A stretch of 41,796 nucleotides of DNA from Octopus bimaculoides (taxonomy: Eukaryota), in contig NC_068982.1 in the NCBI RefSeq assembly GCF_001194135.2, positions 4,108,426 to 4,150,221 on the forward strand, read 5' to 3'. This document shows positions 1 to 13,180 of the stretch, one piece after another. Under the pieces are notes generated by a model. That model saw nothing but the letters and a program-made list of their open reading frames with translations. It made no database searches and was not told the origin of the DNA. The position numbers and the translations under genes were made by a program. Position 1 is the first letter of the stretch. Every line of letters begins with the position of its first letter.

Positions 1-33
<33 letters not shown>

Positions 34-254
34 GTATATATATGTGTGTATGTGTGTGTGCTTGTGTGTGTGTGAGAGTCAGTGTGTAGGCATGGCTATG
101 CGGTTAGGAAGTTTGCTCATCCAGAATGTCACGTGGGAATTTATGCAAATAGCCAAGTAAACCAATTATCATTGGTATAAATGTCGATTTGTAAACAAGA
201 TATAGAAGCTGGACGTTTCGAAGCAGCTGTATATATGTATGTCAGGTCACTTTT

Positions 255-760
255 CGTGCTACTGGGAACCTGTAACCCAGTACAACGTGTTACACGAGCG
301 GTGGATGACCTTTGCTGGACACTCTACCAGACGAAAATCAAAATCTATCAAAAGGCGGGTGAACTGTGAAGAGAACGGCTATCCAAAGGCTGTAAAATCA
401 CCGCGAATGAAGGATCCCAAGCTGCTGTCAAAGCATCATTCTTAAAGAGGAACGCTCTAATATAAAACCTGTGATTTCACTTACTGGTCACCTCACCCTA
501 TGGTCTAAGTCCTAATCGCAAAAACACCAAGAGTAGAACTCATCTTAGACAAGATTTTATCACTACAATCCAATAACGTACGGATGTCTCTGGTGACCTC
601 ATTTGTGCTGCCATCTACTGAAAGCCCTGGAAGAGTAGCGACGTGTGCGGACCTAATCAGGCAAACTGAATAGTTATTTGAGAGGTCATAGACGAAAAGC
701 CAGAAATGCCATCGACAACGGGGCAGCACAAAGAGACAGCAGACATCTGTGAAGATGAGT
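255..760 (+). mobile_element. Decayed RTE-group LINE 3' ORF remnants, possibly two tandem fragments
   Basis: Frameshifted peptides VLHERWMTFAGH-YQTK and FVLPSTESPGRVATCADLIRQTE resemble the RTE RT C-terminal RRLxFAGHCxR...GRPxxTYxDxL motifs. There are many stops. Confidence 0.35.
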
Positions 761-1087
761 TAATCTCCAGGTATGTAGTATGTCTGCAATACATAGTGAT
801 CGGTTGAAATGGCATGTATGCACTCTGCAAGATCAAACGAGTTACTGCTTAACTCCAGATCGATTTTGATCGAGGAAAAATATAACTAAAGTCACTCAAG
901 CAATACCTATTCAAACCCTTTTCAAGCATACATTATCGAATGGTCCTTCTTTTAAGATGTATGTGGTTTGAAAGCGACCTGGCAGCCATTTCTGAAAGAT
1001 CGGTTGATCGTATACAGGATTTTTATTTATCTAATGAAACTATTATGTATGTATACATGCGTTGCATGTATACATAATATACACAAT

Positions 1088-1107
1088 AAATGCATGCCTA
1101 TATACAG

Positions 1108-1140
<33 letters not shown>

Positions 1141-1701
1141 TGCGCATGTAACTTATGTTGATTACTATTTAGAAACAAATAAGATAAAAATATTTTTAAA
1201 AAGAGAGATAAAATAGTTTTATGAAGCTAATAAAATGCAAGTTAGAAATAATGGAATAACAACACCAGCTAAACTAGTCAAAAGTTTACATTTATTTTAG
1301 TATTTCGGGAGTTAAAACCCTTTTATTAACTGAATAGGGAGGATGGAGACACGTTGCTATCTACAAAAGATAGCAACACGTCACTATTTCCGTTATTGTT
1401 TTGATAATGGGCTTTTAAGCTCGAAATATTTCAATATAAAGTGGAAGTGTAAGCAGCTTTGTAAGTTCCTTTATTCCCAACTTTTATTGTACTGGATTCC
1501 TAAATCAATTTTATACGTGCGTGCGCGTGTGTATGTGTGTATATGCGTGCATGCACGCGCGTATGGGTATGTGTGTGTATGGATGTGTGTGTGTGTGTGT
1601 CAATATATATATATATATATAGGAAAAATGTATGTAAGAAATATATATATATAAATGTGCGTATCAAAATGGATATGTTTTTGTATATAAAACATTATGT
1701 G

Positions 1702-1770
<69 letters not shown>

Positions 1771-1930
1771 GTTTGGGTATATAAAACTATACATACTTCA
1801 TTGTATGTGGGTTAGCCTTTTAACCCAACGTATATCAATATTGATATAAACAGTAAAAATATTGAGAATAGTAATAAAAAGTATATATAAAAATAGATGT
1901 ATATGTGTGTGTGTGTGTGTATATATATAT
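1088..1930. repeat. Cluster of (TG)n/(CA)n/(TA)n microsatellites
   Basis: Directly visible, e.g. (TG)n at about 1088-1117 and (CA)n at about 1705-1768. Similar arrays occur throughout the window and explain the HTHT/CVCV/YIYI ORFs. Confidence 0.95.
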
Positions 1931-2640
1931 AAGATAATATAAACTGCCTTGTTGGTGGGTATATGAAAGAATATGTGTTAGGGGTATAGAATATATTTAA
2001 GGGGACGGGGGTAACTACCAATTTATTTTTTCTAATTCTTACAAAAAGGTATATAAAAACTAGACGTAAACAAATTAATTTAAAATTGAAGCCGATTCTG
2101 GGGTAGAGGGGAGCCAGTATTTTTGTCACGAGAGACGGAGGATAATTTAGATTCTTCACAGAAACAAAGAAACAGTGGATAAGTACAGAAATGCCCAGTC
2201 TTCGTCATTTTATCACTTTACTATCTCAAAATGCTTAAATTTATTCTTCATTCTGTTAAGCACTTTCTTCCTTATAATCAGACGATGAAGCTAGAATTGT
2301 AATATATTGTCAACCTGACACTTTTTTGTTTATTTATTTTTTAATTTTCATTATAATTGTATTTTGTCTGTCACTATGTCTATGGGTTTAGTTTTGTCTG
2401 TAAATTGCTGAAAATGATACACTGCTTTGGATATGCATTCTCACACTGGGTGAATTGATGGCAGGGTCAAACAAAGAACTTATTAAAACAATCACCTGAA
2501 GAGTCATATTTTACACCTTGGATGGATGATAATGATTACACAACATCTCACCGGTAAAAATCGGTTGAAGCAATTGTAGGTATTTTAAATAGAGGATGTC
2601 GTTTATTACATTTTCTATCATTTATCTATATATGTATATA

Positions 2641-2707
2641 CAGTAATCCCTCGCCACATCGCGGGGTGTTTTGGAACGTAACACCCGCGATAGTTGATGG
2701 ATTACTG
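2641..2707. mobile_element. 67-bp Tigger/pogo-like hairpin MITE
   Basis: Ends are CAGTAATCCCTC / GATGGATTACTG (11/12 inverted match), with inner arms ATCGCGGGGTGTT / AACACCCGCGAT and TA on both sides (2639-2640, 2708-2709). Confidence 0.75.
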
Positions 2708-2760
2708 TATATATATAGAAAAAAATAACTAAATGAGTAGAAATCGAACCGGTGAGTGAC

Positions 2761-2802
<42 letters not shown>

Positions 2803-2990
2803 AAATCTCTGAACGAGGTATAAACAGTAACTGCACGACAACGTGCAGCTAAATGCAGCTAAACCCTAAGGATGAATGTTACTGTTGCTTTTAGCCCTAG
2901 GAGAACATCTCCAGCTAGCTATTGACACACATCTATGTCCTGTCTGCATTTTCAAAGGGAAGTCATCCTTCCCATCTTGATCACGTGATA

Positions 2991-3035
2991 CGCACGGACT
3001 CGAGTTTCTGGCTATTTACCCGTCATCAGCGTACG
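2991..3035 (-). ncRNA. Type I hammerhead ribozyme (Penelope-type, palindromic helix III)
   Basis: Minus strand reads CGTACG-CTGATGA-CGGGTAAATAGCCA-GAA-ACTCGAGT-C-CGTGCG. The core is perfect, helix I is 6 bp (one G-U), helix III is the 8-nt palindrome ACTCGAGT, and the GUC cleavage site falls between 2997 and 2996. Helix II is weak (GG/CC). Confidence 0.85.
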
Positions 3036-3103
3036 ACAATCACCGATCTTCGATGCGAAAGATGTCCCGATGCAAATACGTATATACTTTTTCCAACGAA
3101 AAT

Positions 3104-3169
<66 letters not shown>

Positions 3170-3849
3170 GTCTATATGTTCGCATTTCCATGTAATAACA
3201 AAGCTGGTGGTGAGCTTTCGATATGGAAATCACCACACACGTCTATCTACATACATTTACCACATAAATACACCCATACTTATGTATGTATGTATACATG
3301 CATATATATGCATGCTCTGCCATTTTAATATTTTACATATCGATTTTATTTATCGACTCAAGAAGGACGACAGATAAAAATGATCCTGGTCAGGATTTGT
3401 ACTTTAAATCTTTTCGTCAAAAACTGATTATCCACGTGCATTTAGTTTGGCGCTTTACCATTTGTGGTCAACGAAATATCGAATGATATTGATCTGTTTC
3501 AAATATATAAAAATGCAGAATATTTTAAGAGATGTTGGATGTTGTCACGTCCATTTCTTCTTCTATAGTATAAACTGCACATTTCACGTGATACAAATTT
3601 GATCGGGAGGCGGAGTTTGTCACTAAGTCGCGGTCTTGGCTTCTCAAGAGCTTTATGTATTTACATCGATTAAATATTGATTTTTTTTCACACAAGACTC
3701 AATAATAATAATCACTTTAGCATACGAAAAATATCCACAAATCATGTTATTGGAAAGAAGTGGGGAAGAATTGTCGTTTAAATCGATCCAAGTTCTCAAC
3801 GGATTCTTATTCTATTGACCATTCCGAAGAATGAAAAGCAGTCTTTTAC

Positions 3850-4145
3850 CTTTTATCTTGTTTCAGTCATTAGACTGCGGCCATGCTGGGGTATCCATTT
3901 GAGGAACTTTTTATCGAACGAATGGACCCCAGTACTTATTTTCTCTAAAGTCTGGTACTTAGCGGTTTGGCAAAAGAGACCGATAGACTAAGTTACGAGA
4001 AGGTTAACACGCCAACACTGGTCATCAAGCGGTGGTGAGGGACAAACACACAGAGTTGAGGGCACTTGCCCAAGGTGCTGCGCTGTGGAACTGAACCCGG
4101 AACCACATGGTTGTGAAGCAAAACTTTTACCACACAGTCATGGCA
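3850..4145 (-). mobile_element. tRNA/CORE-like SINE, family A (GTGGCTGTGTGGTAAG head, internal microsatellite, ...CCAGCATGGCCGCAGTC..TGACTGAAAC tail)
   Basis: Homologous to copies at 9925-10295, 11428-11580, 18373-18625, 28738-29123, 32403-32870 and 33845-33996. Carries the CORE-like segment GCACCTTGGGCAAGTG. Confidence 0.8.
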
Positions 4146-4748
4146 ATGTCGGAGTCCAACGAGATTGCTTTCTTTTCTTTCACAATGCATTTTGTGAACA
4201 ATATCGTTGTTGGCCAACAATGTCTAACAGGTTAATCACTGGTTCATTGTATTTCTGACGTAAATATTTAACTGAAAGAAGTGTTATTGCAAAGTTATGC
4301 TTGCACCTATTGACTCCTAAACAAGATTTGAATTCGAAACATAAATAGTACAAGACATTTCACAAACTGATACACAACTGTTTCAGCCAATATACAGTTA
4401 TATATATATATATATATNNNNNNNNNNNNNNNNNNNNNNNNNNNNNNNNNNNNNNNNNNNNNNNNNNNNNNNNNNNNNNNNNNNNNNNNNNNNNNNNNNN
4501 NNNNNNNNNNNNNNNNNNNNNNNNNNNNNNNNNNNNNNNNNNNNNNNNNNNNNNNNNNNNNNNNNNNNNNNNNNNNNNNNNNNNNNNNNNNNNNNNNNNN
4601 NNNNNNNNNNNNNNNNNNNNNNNNNNNNNNNNNNNNNNNNNNNNNNNNNNNNNNNNNNNNNNNNNNNNNNNNNNNNNNNNNNNNNNNNNNNNNNNNNNNN
4701 NNNNNNNNNNNNNNNNNNNNNNNNNNNNNNNNNNNNNNNNNNNNNNNN

Positions 4749-4782
<34 letters not shown>

Positions 4783-4899
4783 TCACACACATATACGCAT
4801 ACATATATTTATGGATTCGGTACCATCATCATATTTCAATTTTATGCTCATAATTACTGGAGCGAAAGGACCTGTACCAACCTGCCTGGGTCAAAGAAT

Positions 4900-5892
4900 G
4901 GGTGAACTTAGATTCCTGGAGAAAAAAAGAAGTTGAGCCATCATTCATACCTATCAGATAATCACGAAGTAGTGGAGCATCCATGCCTTTGCTTTCTATT
5001 GTGGGTAGAAACCTTTCAACTGGTTGACATCATCACATATTTGATACTGGGTCTTCTGTTATTTACCATGACGTAGATTCTGTCTCATTCAGCGCTGAAT
5101 TAGATCCGGGATCTTTTTCAGGTATTCTGGATTCACCTGTCATAGAAGCCCCAGTCCTTTTCCGGATAAATTTTCTTGCCTATAATTTTTTACGTCCAGG
5201 AGAGTATCACTTCCTTCCAAGATGACGCACTCTACAACCCACCAGATGTCTAGCTCTGATGGCACACCAGATGTTTTTACCCTCGTTATTTGTCTCCCTT
5301 GGTTTGTTGGAAAGAAGACACAATCCTCACTTCTTCAAGGGACAACGGAATGTTTTACTGCGACGGCTTGATTGAGAAACTGTACTTTGCCGGCGCCGAC
5401 TTTTCTATATGAAATCTATATCCGCTCATTTTTCACTCAAGTACCTTTCCATTTGGCGATGTATAGACATTTACATATGTCGATTTTTCAGTGAGACCCA
5501 TTTTAGAACTCTTGTTTGTCTGTAGTGGGCGGTCAGATACGTAGTAGCGGTGTTAAAACTAGCAACTATAGAAGCGGTAGTGATGGTAATGTAGGTGCTT
5601 TCTTTGTTGTCATATACTGCTTCGCGGCAGTGGATGAGATGGTGGTGCATTCATTGACGAGATACACTGCTTTACATGCTGTTTCGTTCCTGTTGTTGTT
5701 GCCAACTGCTGATGTCGGAACGGCTGTATTGTTGCTCTAACTACTGCTGTTTCCTCTCGTATGTTTTTTTTTAGGCTTTGTATTTGAAGAGGGGGAAGTC
5801 TTCTTTCATTGATTGACTGGATAGCTTTACTTGCCTTTCAGATTTACCACCTTCTTTTCCTTCCAGCTGGTTGGTTTTTAAAGACGTCATGA
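4900..5892 (-). mobile_element. Decayed L1/Tx1-like ORF1 (gag-like) remnant
   Basis: Broken minus-strand reading includes VKTSGVPSELDIWWVVECVILEG and RRPQ-YQICDDVNQLKGFYP (5046-5005). The latter keeps C-X2-C-X4-H-X4-C spacing, with three ligands each one substitution away. Confidence 0.4.
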
Positions 5893-7431
5893 TCTTTTAG
5901 ATTTGTGTTTTCCGAAAACTTCAGAATTTTGTCCAGAATTTTGTATTGAAAATTTCAAAATTAAATTTCAAATCTTTGTTTTTGTTCCGAATGGGCAAGA
6001 AAACAAAAGAACCAACCAACCAACCTATTGTGCCCTTGGCTAGCTTAACAAGTAAATAGCAAAGATCAGCAAAGAAAACGTGTTTAGATATGCGAATAAA
6101 TTAAAATATATACAAAGCGCAGTCGAGTACGAGTTGTTGATGCATAAGACAACAACAATAAAACAGCAGCAGCAGCAGCAACGACAATAACAACAACAAT
6201 ACATTTTCACTGATTCACAAGTGCTACTGAGTGCTTTGATTAATGTCAACTCTGTGACTGACATAAATAAAGCGGATCTGCAGATCCGTTTAGTGCGAAG
6301 AATTTGTTTTAATGCATTAACTTTAGCTTCCTGCTTAACCTGAACTAATTCTTTGTAAATAAGATTACAGTTTTCTTAGGTTTTATTATTCTTTTTTTCC
6401 CTTCAATATGAAAATCTGTATTACATGTTATATCCGCGTCTTACTGCAACCCCAATGAAATTAGTTTGATAAAGTTTTCGGTGTAACTGTTTCAGTAAAA
6501 TGGATGTAAAAGCCAAGATATGCTACGGGATAAATAAGTTAAAAGATGATAAAGTAAAGACTGTACGAAAATAATTCTTAATTAATTGAAATCTCCCTTT
6601 TAGTTTGAGAGAAGAAAGACAAAAAACTTGGTCATTGTTCGTGGCTCTCAAACAAAAGGGGAGATAATTTCAAGGAATTACGAATTAAATCCATCAATGT
6701 CAATCTACGTGCCCGATGTTTCTTCATACAACGGGATATATCGATAGAGAAATCAATATTCATGAAGGTTAAAACAGAGGTTAAAAAACTAAAAATAATA
6801 ACCAGGATGCATTTCTATTTTAGAATAGAAGTCTTCACAGTAATTTCATAAGATTAGCTAATACAGCTACTTAGAGTTTATATCAACGAATTATCGCAGA
6901 TTAAGTGTAAGATAAATAAAAAGTTAAGATTATTCATAGAGAGCACCTTCTTATGACTAGATTGATACGAATCTCTGAAATACGTTTTGCAGAACAGTTG
7001 TAAAAGAATGTTATAATTCAATGAATTGATTAATTGTAGAACGTATTCCAGATTCACATATGGAGCCATATACATTCTACTCATGATATTTTCTGCAACG
7101 AAAGCAGAATTGGAAAATGCGTGTTTTCTTAAAATGGAAAAAGTATATAAAATAAAATATTAGAATTGGTAACAAGTTTGTATTTATATACATCACAGTT
7201 TCACGCTGTCACCCTGTATTTTATAAAATAAAATATCTGAATGAATAAAAATAGTTTTTAGTATACCGTTATAGAATTATTTATTGCAGATGTGTTACGA
7301 TACAGTCGAAAACATTGTTTCTCTGTTTATGATTGAAGGAAGGACCCGTATTCACTGCCGTCAGCTAGAAAAATTCTCATCAAATTTACATTGCAACCAT
7401 TGATTATAGCGTTGTATTACTTTATCAATGA

Positions 7432-7795
7432 AATGAGTTCAAATTTCACTGAGTTCGACTTCTCATTTCATCATTCCGTGGTCGATGAAATAAGCACTAG
7501 TTGAAGCAGTGGAATCGATGTAATCGATTGGCCCCCACTCCTCCCAAATTCCAGGCATTGTGCATATAGTGGAAAGGATTATGTTATCTGTGAATAGGGC
7601 GGCAAACTGCCATAATCGTTAGCAAACCGGACAAAATGCTGCTTGCGTTCTGAGATCAAATTCCGCCGAGGTCGACTTTGCCTGTCATCCATTCGGAATC
7701 TAAAAATAAGTACCAGTGGAGCACTGGGTCGATGTTATCGACTACCCCTTCCCCTAATTTCAGGCCTTGTGTCTATAATAGAAACGGTTATTTTA
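7432..7795 (+). mobile_element. Two tandem family B SINEs (tRNA head plus Meta/MESC-like domain GGTCGACTTTGCCTTTCATCC...AAGTACCAG)
   Basis: Partial copy at 7432-7582 and fuller copy at 7598-7795, both homologous to the intact copy at 34573-34790. Confidence 0.75.
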
Positions 7796-8368
7796 TTTGA
7801 GAATGAAATGAGACGAAAGGGCACTGTATTGCTGACACAACGAGCACCACACCAACAGTTAATTGTCTGGTACCCTATCGAATCGGCTTTCACAGCTTAA
7901 CAGATAATCAAAATGTATTCTGTTGAGAACAAGCAGTGGGATTATACATGCAATAAAGTTAAGTAGAAAAGCTGTTGGTCTTTTGCAGACCCAGGGTGGA
8001 ATTTGCTCCCGTTTGTATATTGGAAAGAACAATATCTATCTAATCAGGTCTGATTTTCCTTTGCTCTGGTTCTCTTTGGTTCAAATCCCCTAATTCGAAT
8101 ATTATTGCCATCCAAAGGAATATTCTTAAAAACTCGGTTCCTGTATTTCTCCTTCAGCAAATTAATATGAGAATTAGTTTCTATAGTTTTTAAAGATCTT
8201 TGTGGACTTTGGGATAAAAATAACGAGTTGATACGCGGCAGGTAAATCCCTTGTTTTAACTTCTCTAGATCGGAGGTTTGAAAGGAAAATGGAGAAAGTA
8301 AAAGTTTTCAAAGGAACTTGGAAATGTATTTAGCAGGGTATGCGGTGTCAGACAGTAAATGTAAAGGC

Positions 8369-8436
8369 AAACAGACTCGTAAATTTAAGGGAAAACGGAC
8401 TCGTAAATCTAAGGGAAAACGGACTCGTACATTTAA
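8369..8436 (+). repeat. 24-bp minisatellite, about 2.8 copies (AAACGGACTCGTAAATCTAAGGGA)
   Basis: Units start at 8369, 8393 and 8417. Confidence 0.9.
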
Positions 8437-8884
8437 TGTTTAGTGCTTGTATTATGATGGCGTTCAATGAAACTATGTTGTTACTTTTCTCTCAAGGAAG
8501 ATTCTAGCACAACCTACAAAGCTGTTAGCCTATTTTTCTGAGGATCATAATTGAGTAAATCAGACCTGACATATCTTAACAATCTGCTGCTTAGCCAACG
8601 TCCACATTAATTGAGCAGACTCATTATTAAACCATTATTAAAGGCATACCAGTTGTGGCCATCCCGTCGTGTGATACGATTGTAATTTGGCTGTTATTTC
8701 TTCTACGTAATCGAGTGGCCACATTGAAGCTTCTTGACTTTTGCAGTATCTTTTACAAGTTTTTTCTTTAAAGACGAAACCTACTCCAGTGAAGAACCAA
8801 ATTAAATACCGCAACTCACCCACTCATTAATATATTCACTATATTAAACTGAACTTCAGGCTTCAGTCATTTCGTTAATCCAAT

Positions 8885-9205
8885 GGCACTCCGTCGGTTA
8901 CGACGACGAGTGTTCCAGTTGACTCGATCAACGGAACAGCCTGCTCCTCAAATTAACGTGCAAGTAACTGAGCAATCCAGACACGCTTGCCCTTACTGTA
9001 ATTCTCAGGCTAGATTCAGTGTGAGACAATGTAACAAGGCTGGCACTTTGAAAGAAATACAGGTACAACTCATTTTTGCCAGTTAAGTTGACTGGAACTA
9101 CGTGAAATAAAGCGTCTTGCTCAATGACAAAACGTGCCGCTGGGTATCGAACTCAGGACCTTATGACTGTGAGCTGAATACCTCAACCATTAAGACGTGT
9201 GCTTT
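8885..9205 (-). mobile_element. Family C SINE (tRNA head, CORE-like domain, shared 3' body)
   Basis: Reverse complement of the 30021-30308 copy. The same body recurs at 23334-23528, and the head at 34008-34138. Confidence 0.75.
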
Positions 9206-9781
9206 TACGCAATACACCATGGGAAGTCACGAACGCTTCAGCTTTATATGTCCACTTGTCAATAGCCACAATTTTTGGACAAAATGTGAAATTTTTCTTC
9301 ACAGAAAAGTGGTGTATTGGACGTATACTATCAAGATATCAATTTTTGTTTTATAGACAACAGAATCACGAACGGCAGAGCAAACTTTAGTAAGATTGGA
9401 ACGCAGGACGCAGAGGATGAAACTAAATAATGAACTGCATGAATTCCAACGTTCTGTTTCTGCTATCTTTACCCTTCACTTATAGTGTAAAATGTATAAT
9501 CATATTGAATCGATATTTATATATTATATATATAACTGTATAATAATATACCATAATGATATTTTATTCTCCGATTTGAAGCGACAATTTTTAAATACAA
9601 ACAAATGACTGAAAAATGATGAGCTAACCCCTGCTAGAATCTTTCTTAATAGCTTTCTCTCCGTAACTTACAAAGTTTTTCGGGTTTGTTTACAAATATT
9701 ATATGTTGTTCTATATATNNNNNNNNNNNNNNNNNNNNNNNNNNNNNNNNNNNNNNNNNNNNNNNNNNNNNNNATATATAT

Positions 9782-9904
9782 AGTCAATTCAAATAAACGG
9801 ATAAAAACGGACAACGTGAGGACGTGCACAAGGAATGTATTAGGTTGATGCTCGGTAAAAAGAGAGAGAGTTTGACGTTTCGAGCATATTTCTTCGTCGG
9901 AAAC
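9782..9904 (-). ncRNA. Short repeat carrying a degenerate minimal hammerhead ribozyme (9870-9904)
   Basis: Minus strand reads GTTT-CCGACGA-AGAAATATGCTC-GAA-ACGT-C-AAAC. Helix I is GTTT/AAAC and the palindrome is ACGT. It has a U4C core variant and a damaged helix II. The downstream CCGAGCRTCA..CTAATA is shared with the 32.1-kb copy, and the repeat ends at (TA)n. Confidence 0.6.
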
Positions 9905-9924
9905 GATATCTTTTGTCTTTTATC

Positions 9925-10295
9925 TTTCATTTGTTTTAGTTATTTGACTACGGCCATGCTGGGGCACCGTCTCGTAGAATCTTAGTCGAATGACTCAACC
10001 CCTGTATTTATTTTTTTTTGTAAAGTCTGGTGCTTATTCTATGGGTGTATTTTTATTGTTGCTGAACCGCTAAGTTATGGGGACGTAAACATGCCAACAC
10101 CGGTTGGCAAGTTGTGTTGGGGGACCGAAACACAAACACATAACGGGCTTCTTACAGTTTCCCTTCTACCAAATCCACTCACAAGGCTTTGGTTGGCCCG
10201 AGGCTATAGTAGAACACATTTGCCCAATGTGCCACGCAGTGAGACTGAACCCGGAACCATGTGATTGCTAAGCAAACTTCTTACCTCTCAGCTAC
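9925..10295 (-). mobile_element. Family A SINE
   Basis: Homology to the 28738-29123 and 32403-32870 copies. Confidence 0.8.
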
Positions 10296-10866
10296 GCTGT
10301 GGATCAGTAAAGGAAATCGAATTCTCAGTAATTTTTGTAAAGGATCTTTAAAAACCATTAAAAAAATATATATTTGTTTTTATTACATATTATTTTGCTT
10401 TAAAACTTCTTTATATTCAACATTCCTTATGATACTGCTGGACTAATCTGGTATTTCTATTGTGTTCAATGAATCAATAGGCAACACACATACACAAAAT
10501 TATGTGAGAGAACGAATAACTCTTATAAGTAATATTTTACCGATTCTTTTTTTTAGTCAGTCTGTAAATATAGATAAAACATGTCGTTTGCGGCGTATTT
10601 CAATTCTCGAAGATATATGCTAGTCAGCGTTTATCGTGCTCTATCGCTTTGCTACATATTTCGTGTTATTTATCTTCTGCGATATTGTATCGAAGTTTTC
10701 TAAATACGATCAAAGATTCATTCATTTATTGCTATTCATTTCTGGTGATACAATTAATACATGGTTAAAGTCAGAATGTCGGCAGAGATGTTTATAAGAG
10801 AGGCGTGTCGATTGAATGTCGTTTTAGCGAAGTCTTTTATCATTGACTTTTGAGCATATAAGAAGC

Positions 10867-10932
<66 letters not shown>

Positions 10933-11427
10933 CAATATTTGCATACCGCTATTTATAGCTTTATGTATATGCTTTGAGATTGGAAAAGAAAAAATTTCAT
11001 ATTCTTTCGAAAGTTTGTAAAATTCTTATGACGCCAGCAATGTATATATTTGTATATATAAACCATAAAAAGTCAGGAGGTTTGAAAGGTGAATCTATTT
11101 ATTTAACCACATCATTCTTAGGAGGAATATGGTCGTTTCACAGCCTTCATCATGTTATAATAGTTTGTGTGTATAATAAATTATTTTACATGTTTGCCCT
11201 AATATGTATGCTTCGCATTATACAATAGAATTATACATTTACAAATCGATGCAGATAAAAAAAAGGGCTATCTCATCTGGTCACCAGAATATCAAGGTTA
11301 CACCAATGCTTCGACTCGAAGCATACATACGAAATTTTCTCTTTAGATATGCAACATATGCATGGAATTAGCATATATAATTAGCATATATAATTAGCAT
11401 ATATAAATTGTATATTTCTTTTATCAT

Positions 11428-11571
11428 AGGTTTGGCTTGGCTGTGTGGTAAGAAGCTTGCTTCCCAACCACATGGTTCTAGGTTCAGTCCCACGGGCGAG
11501 TGTCTTCTACTATAGCTTCGGACCGACCAAAGCCTTGTGATTTGGTAGACGTAAACTGAAGGAAGCCCGTC

Positions 11572-11580
<9 letters not shown>
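11428..11580 (+). mobile_element. Family A SINE 5' half, running into (TA)n and an N-gap
   Basis: GGCTGTGTGGTAAGAAGCTTGCTTCCCAACCACATGG head. Confidence 0.8.
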
Positions 11581-11606
<26 letters not shown>

Positions 11607-11989
11607 NNNNNNNNNNNNNNNNNNNNNNNNNNNNNNNNNNNNNNNNNNNNNNNNNNNNNNNNNNNNNNNNNNNNNNNNNNNNNNNNNNNNNNNNNNNNNN
11701 NNNNNNNNNNNNNNNNNNNNNNNNNNNNNNNNNNNNNNNNNNNNNNNNNNNNNNNNNNNNNNNNNNNNNNNNNNNNNNNNNNNNNNNNNNNNNNNNNNNN
11801 NNNNNNNNNNNNNNNNNNNNNNNNNNNNNNNNNNNNNNNNNNNNNNNNNNNNNNNNNNNNNNNNNNNNNNNNNNNNNNNNNNNNNNNNNNNNNNNNNNNN
11901 NNNNNNNNNNNNNNNNNNNNNNNNNNNNNNNNNNNNNNNNNNNNNNNNNNNNNNNNNNNNNNNNNNNNNNNNNNNNNNNNNNNNNNNNN

Positions 11990-12058
<69 letters not shown>

Positions 12059-12544
12059 CATACGTATGTATCTATCTATTCATTCTCTTCCTCCGTTGTC
12101 TCTGTGATTCTTCCTCTCTCACCGTGCGTTTGTGTGTGTGTAGCATTCGTTTACTCATTGCCTCCTGCCAAGCCAAATATGTGAACTCATTCTGCACCCC
12201 TTATAACTTTCTCTGTATCCTTCTTATAATCCCTCTACCTCTCTCTCCATGCAGTGTTGAGTGTACAGATTAATTAACCGACAAACCAACCAACTAGTGT
12301 TTATATCGGATATTATTATAGAAAGATAATTACTGAACATTAGTTTTTTTGTAGATATGCAAAATTACTAAATGTGTCGTTAAAAGCAAAATCCTGTCGG
12401 GATTCGAACCTGTGTTGTTCAAGTCTCTGTAATTACGGCAATAACGTAAGCTTCAGTATTGCAGTTTTTCATAGAAGGGAAAAGAAACACAATATCCCAC
12501 CCATAAATGAAAACGTAACTAGTTTATGGTCGGGAGATAACAGT

Positions 12545-13180
12545 TTCCTCAAAGTAGCCGCCTCCAGCTCTCATCACGGCCCCAACACAGCTCAGGAACC
12601 TGGCGCATGCGTTCCTCACTGTATCCTTGGGAAGATTTTCAAACCCCTCCTCGATCTTGGACATTAGTTTGGCCTAGGCGTGCAGGAGAGCGGTTGGTGT
12701 CTTCCTGCACGTGGTTCTAATGAGGGGAATTAGGGGACCGGAAATTGGAGCTGGTGAAGTCGTAGAAATTCTCCGGCAACCACTTCTGAATCTTTCTGGA
12801 AGTATGACAAGGAATCAGATCCTGCTGCCACACATATGGCCTTTCAGCAGCAACCCTCTCAAGCTAGGGCTTGACCGCAGTCTCCAGCAGCTTCACATAA
12901 CCATCTTCAAAGATGAGATAAATACCACGTGTAGACGCAATCAGAAAGCCTGCTGTATTCCTTCCTGTTGGTCACGACTTCATGGTCTCTGTTGCAGCTG
13001 TCCATGTCACAGCTTACAGCCTTTACAGTGTCCACAGAACATCAGCAGCAGTCATGATGTCAGCATTTTTCTCAACTACAACTTCAATCGTTATCCTCTC
13101 CAACACCATAGACTATTCACCCACCAATGCATCAAACTGTTGCCGAAAAAGGAAACAAAAAAATCGCCAAATTTAACACG
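12545..13180 (-). mobile_element. maT (DD37D) Tc1/mariner transposase remnant, internally deleted
   Basis: Minus-strand translation gives YVKLLETAVKP*LERVAAERPYVWQQDLIPCHTSRKIQKWLPENFYDFTSSNFRSPNSP...AKLMSKIEEGFENLPKDTVRNACARF...GGGYFEE. It is homologous to the 23.9-24.3 kb copy. Confidence 0.8.

Noticed and set aside
208-227. Minus-strand GCTG-CTTC-GAAACGTC-CAGC, a hammerhead-like helix I with GAAACGUC
   Set aside because: The CUGANGA core and helix II are absent. At best it is a deleted remnant.
1290-1335. Minus-strand TTAATAA-A-GGG...CCC-GAAA resembling a decayed HHR
   Set aside because: It has three core substitutions and no helix I or III pairing.
2040-2570. Possible Penelope GIY-YIG C-terminus (KIEA...RDGG) and pLTR with CAGACGA/CTGAAGA words
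   Set aside because: Too degenerate, with no complete HHR or reading frame.
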